NCBI RefSeq assembly: GCF_018977255.1
Contig: NW_024704752.1
Coordinates: 620,001 to 684,000 of the forward strand
DNA: 64,000 bases
Origin: Callorhinchus milii
Lineage: Eukaryota
Direction of reading: 5' to 3'
Made by a program: the position numbers and the translations under genes. The notes beneath the pieces are model-generated. The model was not told the DNA's origin and did no database searches. It was given only the letters and a program-made list of their open reading frames with translations. This document shows, piece by piece, positions 12,996 to 25,800 of this stretch; positions within the stretch are counted from its first letter, which is position 1; each line of letters starts with the position of its first letter.

Positions 12996-13134
12996 AATAC
13001 ATTCAGAAAATTCTTTCTATATGTAGTTGCAATGAATTGTGACAGACTCAATATTTGTATAGATTACTATATGATGTACATCAATAAAATAATGAAAGAT
13101 TTAATCTAAAAATCTAGGAATGTTCTCTTATTAT

Positions 13135-13505
13135 GGAGTCTTGTAGTTCAGTGGTTAGATCACTCGCCTCACAAGCATGATACCCAGGTTCGATTCCCGG
13201 GCAGGGCGAAATGTTGGGCAAGTTTCCTTGCTCCACATGCCTCTGTTTACCAAGCAGTAAGTAGGAACCTGGTTATTAGTCGATTGATGGATCACTTTTC
13301 CTGTGGTAATAATTCCTTCAAACAAAAAAATAAAAATTGGTCACTTCAATCCACGACTGTTTATAGGGCACTGCTGTGCTACCACATTTCGCCCACAAAT
13401 ATACAGTCGATTCACTTTACAGTATATTCTGTGAAGCTGTTTGAGACGTCTCGAAGACGTGATAAGGCGCTGTATCAAATGCAAGGATTATTATTATTAT
13501 ATTAT
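13135..13505 (+). mobile_element. Full-length tRNA-derived Deu-type SINE
   Basis: A/B boxes, body, tail caaatgcaagga(tta)n. Confidence 0.9.
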
Positions 13506-13707
13506 ATCAAAGCTTGGACCACAATTATTAGAGTCAATAGGTGGAGGTGGGAGGATGACCCAAGGCATGATCGAAGAGGAAGGTCTTGAGATGCACTTGA
13601 AGAAGGCAATCGAGGTGGCGAGGTGAAGGGGCTCCAGGCTGGAATTCCAGAGGGATGGGGCAGAAAGCCAGAAGGTGCAATCTCTGTTGGTGAAGCACAT
13701 GGTGATT

Positions 13708-13800
13708 AGCATCCACCTGATGGGAATCATTGGGAATCATTCGGAAAAATGTAGGGAATTGGACATAGTCATTATTGAGATAGTCATACGCAATGGAATA
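13708..13800 (-). pseudogene. Inverted ~90-bp copy of the start of G1 exon 3
   Basis: Reverse complement reads YSIAYDYLNNDYVQFPTFFRMIPNDSHQVDA versus G1 [30 protein letters not shown] (8620-8710). Confidence 0.9.
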
Positions 13801-14330
13801 CCATGTGCAGTCCTGGTCACCGCAATATAAAAAGGATATTGCAGCGATTGAGAGGTTACAGAGGAGGGCAACCAAAATGATTGCGGGGATGGAGGGATTG
13901 AACTGCGAGGAACGATTAGATAAACTGGCCATGTTCACACTAGAAAGGAGAAGGTTGAGGGGAGATATGATTATAGTCTTTAAGATCCTGAAAGGAATAG
14001 ATAATGATAAGCTGTTTTATCTTGTACTGAACAGTAGAACCAGAGGACACGGCCTGCGATCGAAGGGGAGTAAATTCAGAACAAATCTGCTTAGACATTA
14101 CTTCAGTGAGACAGTAGTAAACTTATGGAACAGGCTTCCTAGGGAGACAGACGGTGGAAGCAGAAAATGTAATTTGTTTCAAGAACAAATTAGATAGATT
14201 TCTGCTGGAAAATAATATCTCGGGATACAGTGTATTATTTGGGACACGACATGTCAAGTGACTGCCAGGGTGATGGAAGGTGAACGAGATGGACCTTGGT
14301 CTTCTTTCATCAACAAATTCTTATGTTCGT
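13793..14330 (+). mobile_element. 5'-truncated CR1 LINE (RT C-terminus and 3' UTR)
   Basis: ORF EYHVQSWSPQYKKDI..IERLQRRATKMI..LERRRLRGDMI..RTRGH..VVNLWNRLP, typical of CR1 ORF2. Confidence 0.93.
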
Positions 14331-14546
14331 ATAAGGCTCTGTACCCACCAGCACAGAATTGGAGAGTTAGGCTAAACTACCTGAGTTTGAAGTCTAGACA
14401 ACAATAACAACAACAAATTACATTTATATAGCACCTTTCATGTCAGAAGGACATCCCAAAGCACTGGACGTGGGACTCAAACCCATAATATCCTGACTCA
14501 GTGGTTAGAGTGCTCCCTGTCGAGCCAGGATGGAACTACAGCTATG

Positions 14547-14745
14547 TAATAATAATAATAATAATAATAATAATCCTTGCATTTGATATAGCGCTTTTCA
14601 CATCTTCTAGACGTCCCAAAGCGCTTCACAGAATATACTGTAAAGTGAACTGACTGTATATTTGTGGGCGAACGCGGCAGCCAATTGCGCACAGGAATGT
14701 GCCACAAACAGTCATGGATTGAAAATGACCAATTTATTATTGTTT
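14547..14745 (-). mobile_element. SINE 3' half with long (AAT)n tail
   Basis: Reverse complement of the SINE core and tail. Confidence 0.85.
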
Positions 14746-16049
14746 TTTTTAACCTAAGTGTTCACAGATCAAGTTGGTACAGATTAATTTTAAGCTCTTT
14801 AAATACTCAGGGGAAGATTTAAAAATCAAACTGTAACAAGTTTGCAGATTCCGACTTTATTCCAAAGAATTAGAATTGTTACTTCCTTCACAGGAAGTGC
14901 TGCTGATATTACTTTGTGAAGGAAGTGAAGTCAGCGGCATTTCCTGTGCACAGTGCGCAGGAAGTGATGTCGCTGTGCTACCTGCACACAGTACACAACA
15001 CACAGGAAGTGGCATCGTCAGCTGTGACCCAACGAGCCAAAATTAGACAGTTTTCTCGCTTACGATATAACAACGCAACAACTTGAATTTATACAGCACC
15101 CTTCACCCCGAACAGCGTTCAATGGCAACAACTTATGTAGCATAACGTCTCAGAGCGCTTTACAGTGACGGAGTCCGACACTGAGCAAACGAGATATTGA
15201 ACCCAGTCACTCACATTATAATGGTACTGCCCTTTAATAACTGGAAACAGGAAACCCAGCTCATTTTACCTGTTCCCCAGTTTAAGATTACTGAAGCTAA
15301 TTGTAGCATTTCTACTGCTTCCTAAATGAGATCATTAAGGTCTTAAGGTTGAAAATCTTAAGGTTGAAAATCGAGAATACATCTAGCATTTTGACAGGTC
15401 AAAGCATACCCTGGGGTCCCCACGTTTTGGCTCTTGCCAACCTGGGTCTACTCTCCAGAATTATTTAACTCGAGTGTCTTTACCCTGGGAGAGAGAGTGT
15501 GCGTTCTATTCCAGAGATCGGAAAATGTCTATGTACATGTGGCATACGTTTATGGAACTCTCAGTCTTTGGAAAGGTGATTAACAGACTCTTGGAGACTC
15601 TTAAGCATGGTGATGAATTTCTGGATGAGTCTGACCAAGAATAGTTTGTCGATTTAAAAACGAGAATAGACAGGATTGAAACACAGATTTGTGTTTTTTA
15701 TGACATTACAAATAATCAATTTTATTGTTAAATATAGGGCTTATATTAAGGAATGCTCATGTTAAAAACAGATACATTCAAGTCAAATTGGAAAATTTGC
15801 TTGCTGCTGCTTCTGACATAAATATTTCAATATGCTCTGAGGGAATTATTTTAGTTTCCGGAGTCAGTGTATTGTGGATTGTTTTCCACTGGGATTTTCA
15901 CTGTATGAAATCTTGAGCATAACACGTATTTCTAGGGGAATTATCCGAAACAACGTTGGTGGTAGGATCCATTATATATACACATATATAATTAACTGCA
16001 TGTATTCATGTTGAGAAAGAATAGATAGCTGTAACTGAAAATCGCTGTG

Positions 16050-19000
16050 ATGTATTATTTATTATTTGGGGTACTACTTGCTGGTTCTTTGCGGAAATCA
16101 AATGAAGAGAGCTGCAAACTTCGAGGGAATTTCAATTTGCCTGGAATATCTAGAGCTGGAGATATCATTCTGGGAGGAATCTTTAATGTACACGCTGATC
16201 GCTTTGAGCAAATCAATTTGTTTCGGAATGCGCCAGAAGTAACAAAATGCAAAAGGTGAGCTGAATATGTGACAAATGATCCTTAACATCTGACTCTCCT
16301 GATGGGGATGCGATTAATAACTTCCACTGCTATATGGCTGGATGTTCTATACTTAATATTTATTTAATAAATTTGGATTTAAAATGCATAGGAAACATTT
16401 GGAACCTCCAGGTATTCCGATATGTTTAAATATTTCACACTTTCTTGCCAAGAATAGTTAATTCACATTTGTTTTAACAGAAGATTGAAAATATTGTTAA
16501 CAAGAATATTGGCCTTCAAGAAGGAACTAGACAAACACCATAATGAACACCATAAAAAAGTCAGCTCCAGAGATGTAGGGAAAGGGGAATGAAAGCTTTA
16601 ATAAAGGTGTTCAAAATTCTGAGGGGTTTTGATGGAGTAGAGAGGGAGAAATAGTTTCCTCTGGCGGGTGGATCAATAACTGGAGGTCACAGATTTAAGA
16701 TGGTTGGCAAAAAAAACAGAGGGGAGATGAGGAGAAATGTTTTTACCCAGGGAGCTGTTATGGTATGGAATGTATTGCCTGAAAGGGTGGTTGAAGCAGA
16801 TTCGATAATAGCTTTCAATGAGGAATGAGATAAATACTCAGAAAGAAAAAAATTGCAGGGTTATGGGGTAAGAATTGGGGGAGTGGGACCAGTTGGTAGC
16901 TCTTTCAAAGAGCCGGCACAGCTGAATAGCCTCCTTCTGTGCTGTAAAATTATATGATTCTGTGAAAGGATTGCTCTTGAACCAGCATGCACAGACTTAT
17001 TCTGCCCATTGGCTGAATGGCCTTCTTTTGTGCCCTACATTTCTATGGTTCTGAGATACGCAAATCTTGATTGTTTGCCCTTTTTAAAGAAAGGGGAAAG
17101 ACACAAACATTTCCATGCTTAATATTTTGAACATATTTTGCTACGTTCCTTTTGGAAAAGTTTCTTTCATTCACCTTCATTCGAGGTCAGATGTTAATAA
17201 GTGACAAACATCTGGAGTGGGTGCTATGAAGCGTGGCAGTACAATGTAAGAGTGTAATAATAATATTTTTATTAACCTAAATGATCTGAGTTTGTTGCTC
17301 AGTTTTGATTTCAGAGAGTTTCGCCTGGTAAATGCCATGATATTTGCAATCGAGGAAATAAACCGGAATCAGACGTTACTCCCAGATGTTACGCTGGGAT
17401 ATAACATTTTTGATGACTGCGCTTCCGCTAGCATTGCCACCAAAGTCGCCCTGGGTCTCGTCAATGGCCAAGTGGAAGAAGAAAGCGATCCTCAGTGTGA
17501 AGGGCCTCCCCGTGTCCCTGCTCTTGTTGGTGGTGACGGATCATCAGAGTCTATAGCTGTAGCAAGGTCCATAGGTCCATTCAAAATCCCAATGGTAAGT
17601 TAAATCACGGTACCTTTCCCTTCCAGAAAAATATTGGTACCCAAATATATTATCCTAGCTGTACCTGTTGCAGCTTCGCTTACAACCAAAGGATCCAATA
17701 TGGAATGTAGATTGACACACAGACAGACACACAGACTGACATTTCGTCTTTATCTATACTCAGCTGGGAGGACTCCTGTGGGAGGACTCAATGGGCGAAA
17801 TCCTTTAATATATTTTCTCTCCCAGTCTCTATCTCTCTCTCAATCTCTCTCTCTCAATCTCACTCTCCCATTCTCTCTCTCTCTCACACACAGTCTCTCT
17901 CTTTCAGTCTGTCTGTCTGGCAGTCTTTCTCTGTTTCTCCCACAAAACACACAGTCACTACACTTTATAATATATTCTCTCACAGCCTATCCCACATGGG
18001 AGGACTCCAGCTCCCATGACAACTAGAAAAAGTGCCAGACATTTGTTGCAGAATATAGATGTATCTCTCTGAACCATGTGTGCTTTTGTCTGTCATGACA
18101 CAGTTGCAGAATAAGATGCATACCTCATATTTTACGGCTTAATTAAAGCATTTTTTAATATAGCTCATGAACGCTAGGAAATTCCCCCCCCAGAAAATAT
18201 GCCCATGACGCTGCCAGCTGCAAGACATTTCTGATGAGGGATATAAATCATGTCTGTATGTCAATCGGTTATTGCGTGATTGTCGGATACACTGACACAC
18301 AGACAGACATTATCGTTTTATTAGTATAGAAGAAGATTCTCTCCCACAGTCTGACAGATGTTTTGTCTGTAAGTCGGTATTATATACTGTATATCACAAT
18401 GGACATGATGACACAATGGATGATGTCACAACCGATTGTTGTAGGATACCTCATATTTTGGGGCTTAATTTTTAATATAGCTCATCAATGCACATCAAAA
18501 ATATGCCCATGACAGTGTCAGATGCAATCCCTTTCCGATGAGCTGTAAATCATGTTTCTATGTCAATCGGTTATTGCGTGATTGTCAGACACACTGACAG
18601 ACAGACAGACAGACATTGTTGTTTTATGAGTATAGATTATGCATAATATGTACTCAAAGAAACAAAATCAAAATGTGATAAAAATATTGAAGGAAAATAA
18701 ATGTTCAAGGTCAAGAGTTTTATTTTGCATTGAGAAATCAACAGCAAAGTACATTGAATAATTAATCCTAATACATTGGTGGGGGACCTAGTAAACTTGT
18801 GATAGTTTAATATTTTAGGTTATGGGTATGTGTGACACAATTAATCAAAGTGAACTTTTGGAGTTTCTATAGTTATTTTCATTCATCAAACGTATTCCCA
18901 GTATAGAATATTCTCATTCAAATCAGATAATGTCTCAGCACCTTGGATGGTCCTCCTGACATGAAAGGCGCTATATAAATGTAATTTTGTATTGTATAAT

Positions 19001-21657
19001 GTAATAACAAAACTGATTTTATGAATCACAGGTCAGCTACTTTTCCACATGTGCCTGTCTCAGTGATAGGAAAGAATATCCCACGTTTTACAGAACCATA
19101 CCCAGTGACTACCATCAGTCCAAGGCTTTAGCTCAAATCATTAAGAAGTTTGGATGGACGTGGATTGGGACTATCAGAAGCAACAATGACTATGGTAACT
19201 TTGGAATGCAGGCATTTGTAGACATTGCGCAGGAACTTGGCATTTGCATTGCCTTCTCGGAATCATTTTATAGAACTGATTCTCATGACAAGATAAGGAA
19301 AATTGTAAATATAATCAAAATATCAACCACAAAAGTCATCGTGGCGTTCACTGCCAAAAGAGAAATGCGGATATTACTCAAAGAAATGATACGTCAAAAT
19401 GTCACTGGAATTCAGTGGATAGGAACTGAATCATGGATAACAGCACAAATTATTTCTCCAGCCGAAGTCACTCGATTTCTCACTGGGGCAATTGGACCTT
19501 CAATTCCTTCGTTAGAAGTGAAAGGATTGCGAGAATTTCTGCTTAAAATCCATCCTTCTGGGTTTCCCGGAAACAGTTTAGTGAAGGAGTTTTGGGAAAC
19601 TGCGTTCAACTGTACTTTCTGGTCAGGAAACACAAGCCAAATAACTGCATACACATTGCAGCAATGCACCGGCAATGAAGATGTAACAGAAATACATAAT
19701 GCATATTCTGATGTATCTATGGATGGAAGTTCCTACAATGTATATAAAGCAGTGTACGCTGTGGCTCATGCACTTCACAATATGTTTTTGTGTGAGAAAG
19801 GAAAAGGACCATTTATAAACAACACCTGTGCACACTCATCAAATTTTCAACCATGGCAGGTTAGAGAATATAGATTCAATGAAATTATAATATAAATTGA
19901 CTAGTTATTTGTGGAACTTAATTTGGATCAAATTAACATGATTTGAAACCGTTTGACACATTATAACATTGTTGGTTTCTATTCTTGCAAAGCTTCTTCA
20001 TTACTTAGAGTCAGTAAATTTCACAACTAAATCAGGTGACACAGTTAATTTTGACGAAAATGGAGACTCAGTAGCAACGTACGACTTGGTAAACTGGCGA
20101 ATCAACTCGAAAGGCACTGCTGAAATTGGCACTATTGGCTTCTATGATGGTTCGGCATCTCTGGGTAATGAGTTAGTGGTGGATGAAGAGGTCATTGTAT
20201 GGAACGATGGTCAGAATGAGGTACAGTATTTTACCAGCTTGCATTGTGCTAAGATGAAACAAGGTTAATAATTTTAATACGGGTTAAAAATTAACTAATC
20301 TTCAACAGAAATTATGAACAGAACTTGTAAATACAAGAATAAATAAAACAACAATCATTGCATTTCACAACAGTGTCTTGTCACTTTGTCCGAAGCCATT
20401 GGATTTTCCTTGAAGTCTAAATGGTTGCCATTTTGTAGATGAATGGTGGAGAAAACTTTGCCCAAGGCAATATCCCACAAGCAGCCATAAAGTTAATGGC
20501 CAATTTAATTTTTATGTTGGAAGATGCCACGTGCTGTTTGCAGTGAGAGCTGTATTCCTGGGACAAGAAAAGTTGCCAGAAAAGGCCAACCCGTGTGTTG
20601 CTTTGACTGTACAGAATGTGCTGAGGGAGAAATCAGCAACATCACAGGTGAGTGTGAAATTCCTCTTCCTATTTAACGCTTCTCTTTCAAAAACTCCCTT
20701 TAGTAATATTCATGCCATACTTACTGAATTATCGCACCTTTCCCAGATTCCACAGACTGCATTAAATGCCCTGAACAATATTGGCCCAATCAGCAGAGAG
20801 ATCGTTGCCGACCAAAGGAAATAGAGTTCCTCTCCTTTACCGAAATGCTGGGAGGTGTATTGCTGACATTGGCTCTGGTGGGAGTGAGCACCACAATAAG
20901 TATTGCCATTGTCTTCTTCACACACAGAGACACTCCTATTGTTAAAGCCAACAATTCGGAGCTCAACTATCTGCTTCTCTTTGCATTAACGCTGTGTTTT
21001 CTGTGCTCAGTGACTTTCATTGGCGAGCCCTCAGTCTGGGCTTGCATGTTGTGCCACACAGCATTCGCTATCGCTTTCGTTCTCTGTATTTCCTGTATTT
21101 TGATTAAAACAATCCTTGTGATTCTGGCGTTTAAGGCAACTCTTCCAAACAACAACATGGCCAAATTGTTCGGGCCTGCTCAGCAGCGTTGGAGTGTATT
21201 CCTCCTTACCTCTGTTCAGTGCCTGATATGTACTCTCTGGTTAACTATATCACACCCATTTCCCATGAGAAACACAGAATATTACAGAGAGATTATCATT
21301 CTGGAATGTGACCTGGGCTCTGTGAGCGCCTTTTATTCTATGGCGGGATATATTGCTTTCCTGGCCGGAGTGAGCTTTGTGCTGGCGTTTCTAGCTCGGA
21401 AATTACCTGATAACTTTAATGAGGCTCAATGTATAACCTTTAGCATGCTCATCTTTTGTGCTGTTTGGATCACTTTTATACCAGTTTACATCAGCTCTCC
21501 TGGGAAATACACCGTTGCTGTCGAAGTCTTTGCTATTTTAGCCTCGAGTTTTGGGTTATTGTTTTGTATTTTTGTTCCTAAATGTTACATTATTTTGATA
21601 AAACCTGAAATGAATACCAAAAAACACTTGATGGGCAAAGTACCTGTAAATAAATAA
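16050..21657 (+). CDS. G2: V2R/OlfC-family class C GPCR, 6 exons, 862 aa
   Basis: Exons 16050-16255, 17303-17594, 19032-19859, 19993-20220, 20524-20647, 20747-21657; sum 2589 nt, in frame; VFT + CRD + 7TM motifs; C-terminus GKVPVNK. Confidence 0.95.
16590..16962 (+). mobile_element. CR1 LINE 3' end
   Basis: aggtgttcaaaattctgaggggttttgat...tggaatgtattgcctgaaagggtggttgaagcag...gcctccttctgtgctgtaa. Confidence 0.85.
17652..18638 (+). mobile_element. Tandem Helentron/HINE-like non-autonomous units
   Basis: Start ctagctgtacc...gcttcgct; three ends of the form (acag)n-acatt-cgttttat-agtataga (17760, 18330, 18638); 18115-18330 and 18450-18638 are direct repeats. Confidence 0.55.
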
Positions 21658-22893
21658 TCACTGCCCATTACAGGTGTACTTTGGGAGGAACAATAATGTA
21701 AACACTTGTTTGTTTCTTCATTAAAGACAAAAAGAAAAAAACATGTAAAATGTTTCATATGTATTATTGCATTGTTTATTGTCGCATTTTCACATAATTA
21801 AGTAATATTTTAACATGTCAAGTTTAATGTTGAAATTGAGCCGAATGTAATCAAACACAATTAAACATGTTCATATAATCAAATAATGGGAACCTTGATA
21901 TGTCACATTTAATGATGCGTTCGAGCTAAAAGTAATACAACGCTTTGCATTTAAGTCTTGGGTTATTGCTTTATTGGCTGCCAATTTGGTGTCAGCCTGT
22001 CTCTGTTGTTCTCAAGATATTAAACCGAGGATCAATCCACCCTTTCAGAAGGATGTCAAGCACCATTCCAAAAGATGAAGAGGTAACTCCCAAAATGTCC
22101 CATAAAGTGGTCAACAATCCCCAAACAAAATTGGTTACTCACTTCATGCGTATTTGTGGGAAGGTTTCCTGTCACATTTCCTTACAAATAGATAGTTATT
22201 GCACAAAGTAAAAATCCCGGGATGTGCTGTGAGAACCTTCAAGCACATGATAAGGTTCTATATCAGGTAACGTACTGATTTGTTCTCTTATGGATGATTA
22301 TTCCTTTCTCTTTTGGAATAGCACCATGGGATTGTCAAGATCCACCAGCATGGGGAGGTAGGACCTCGGTTTACCTATCATCTGAAGAATGGCATCTCCA
22401 TTCAAGGTGGCAGTCTCCCATTACTGCATCGGGATATTCTTAGACAATGATAGTAACCCCCAGAGACATTTAATTCATATTAATTATTTCATTTGTTCAC
22501 GTCACTGAATATTTTTGAAAGAATATTGCTTCTTATAACTGTCAAAATTGTCTTAAAAATACCTTTGTAGCAGAGAAGAGGATAGCCACATGTTAGGGAT
22601 TTTCCATATTAAAGGCAGATCAGTACAGGTGGAATATTTGCATGTTGTTATACAAAAAATGCAATCATGATACACAGAAGCTGTTGTATTTATTTATGTT
22701 TCCATATGCAAGTGGATGATTGCCCCTTGGGCTCTTACGGTGTACTTACACTTTATATTCTAAAACTGAAAGTGGGCATGTCTCACAAGTGGATATTGGT
22801 TTGATGAACTATATATACACACAGATGTACAGGCACACGTGTAATACACAGCACAGATTCACAATGCCAAGGAATCAACAGAGAAGCTCTGTG

Positions 22894-25800
22894 ATGTTCA
22901 GCCCATATGTGTGGCTGCTCATTGCTTGTTGTGTTTGGGGATCCCAGGGAAAGCATTGCAGGCTCCAAGGCAAGTTCAATCTATCGGAAATATCCAAAGA
23001 TGGCGATATCGTTCTAGGAGGTATCTTTGATGTACACGTTGATCACTTTGAACAAATGAATACGTTTCATACTTCCCCGGAAGAAACTAAATGCAAAAGG
23101 TGAGCTCAGTAATGTTAGGGACCATCATATGATCTGAACTGGATAATCACTTGAGTAAAACAATACATACTGGAATATAGCTCGAAGGTGGAATAACAGT
23201 AAATATGAGCAGGGATAACAGGAATTAGGATGACAGAGATCTCACAGATACCATGGGAATAAACTGTACCTTTAGATTCTATTCATTCATGTGCCGCATT
23301 TATCAAATTTCTTTCTATTTTATAAATGTTGATAAGTACCATAAATCTATACAGCACAATATTTAGTCATCTTCCAGAAGGCTGATGCCTTCATCTGTCT
23401 TTACTTCATGTAATTCATGGAAAATTAATACTGTATACTGTTGTCAACTTAATTAATGAGTTAATCCCAGCCCTCTGAGTTGCTCCCTTCTTGAAGGATG
23501 CTAAAGAAATGAAATATTAGTACTGTTCATGTTGTTGTAATGATGCGCAGTGCATTGCACATGAAGGTACTTGGTTAGTTATTGTGCATTTTATCATTCA
23601 GCGGAATCTTATTACAATGTAAATTGTAACCTGGTAGGAAGTCTGGCTCAATTGGCAGCACTCGTGCTGTATTTCAGAAGGCTGTGTGTTCATTCCTCTA
23701 CTTTAGGATTTGGATCTTACAGCCTAGACTGAAAGTGCAATGAAGTGCTGAGGGGACGTATTGCATTGCGAGAGGTGTCCTGATTCGGATAAAATGTTAT
23801 AAACCAAGGTCTTATTTGCATGTTCATGTGAATATTAAAGGTGGACGGAGAATTTTAATAGACTTGAGAGTTTCTCACATTTTCTGGCCAACAATCATTC
23901 AGTTCAAGGCTATTCCCAACAGCCGTGGAACCCAATAATTTATTATTGCTATTGAGTGCATTCCGTCTAATGGAAATAATATTACTTACATTTGAGAAAG
24001 TGTCTTTCACCTCGAGAGGAACATCTCGAAGCGCTCATTGTGTTCCCTGCAAACTGGTTTTGTTGGCCCATTATTGTTATAAAGCACATATTGTTAAAAC
24101 TGCCATGGAATGTAAGGGATTCTGAAATATATTTATATTCTACATAAATTATGGATTTATCACCCAGTTTCGATTTTAGAGCCTTCCGTTTTGTTAATAC
24201 AATGGTATTTGCAACAGAAGAAATAAACCAGAACCCGGCACTGCTTCCTGATATTACTCTGGGATATAAGATTTATGATGCCTGTGGATCTTCCAATATT
24301 GCCACTAAAGTAGCACTGAGCTTTGTGAACGGTCAAGGAGCAACAGAGGATGACCATAACTGTGAAGGGCCTCCTAATGTCCCAGCTCTTGTTGGTGGTG
24401 ATGGTTCCTCAGTTTCTATAGCTGTTGCAAGGTCAATTGGTCCATTCAAAATCCCAATGGTACGTTATCATTTTCATATACATAGTTGGTAATTCTCCTC
24501 AAAAATTAACATTTACCCAAATACTTAAATATCAAAACGTTAAAACCTGGAATAAAAATATACAGTTAAATATTCATGTATTTTGTTTATTGTTCGTAAG
24601 AGATCGAAATTGTTCTATTATAATAATAACATTGTTTGGGTTCCAAGCAAAAAAGTTGAAGGCTCCTTACCTAGCCTTATGTGATTGGTAGCTATTCAAG
24701 TATTGTTAATATTGTAAAAAATTATATTCATCAAATGTAAATAAAATACAAACTGTTTTTATTCTGATCCTGACTATTTTCTGTCAAAATCTCTAATCAA
24801 CTGAAGGTCAGTTACTTCTCCACCTGCGTCTGTCTCAGTGACAGGAACGAATATCCCACATTTTACAGAACTATACCCAGTGACTACCATCAGTCCAAGG
24901 CTTTAGCTCAAATCATTAAGAAGTTTGGATGGACGTGGATTGGGACTATCAGAAGCAACAATGACTATGGTAACTTTGGAATGCAGGCATTTGTAGACAT
25001 TGCGCAGGAACTTGGCATTTGCATTGCCTTCTCGGAATCATTTTCCAGAACTGATTCTCATGAAAAGATAAGAAACATTGTAAATATAATTAAATTGTCG
25101 ACCACAAAAGTTGTGGTGGCTTTTGCTGCCCCGAGGGAAATCCAGTTATTACTCAAAGAAGTAATACGACAAAACCTCACTGGAATACAGTGGGTGGGAA
25201 CTGAAGCCTGGATAACAGCCCAACCTATTGCCCCAAATGAAAGTGCGAGATTTCTTATTGGAGCAATTGGCCCAGCGATTCCTTCAGCAGAAGTAAAGGG
25301 ATTGCAGGAATTCCTTCTGAAAATTCATCCGTCTAAGTTTCCCGGAAATAGTTTAGTAAAGGAGTTTTGGGAAACTGCGTTCCAATGTAGTTTCTGGTCA
25401 GGAAACACAAGCCAAACAAACACAACATCCACATTGCAGCAATGCACCGGCAAAGAAGATGTAACAGAAATACACAATGGATATTCTGATGTAACTATGG
25501 ATGGAATTTCCTACAACGTATACAAAGCGGTGTACGCTTTAGCTCATGCACTTCACAATCTGCTTTTGTGTGAGAGAGGAAAAGGACCATTTATGAACAA
25601 CACCTGTGCACACACATCAAATTTTCAGCCATGGCAGGTAAGGAAACATTCGTACATAAAACATATCTGTATTGGTAACCAATGCTCTGTGTATTTTTTG
25701 AATTGTGTCAACCTACTGACGATTGTTAAGTTACTAACCATCTCATATAATAAACATTATCGTTCATGTAATGTGACGTTATGATTCCTCAATGCTGCCT

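Noticed and set aside
20967-21164. Identical antisense [17 protein letters not shown]... repeated in five genes
   Set aside because: Shadow ORF of the near-identical 7TM exon; no independent evidence.
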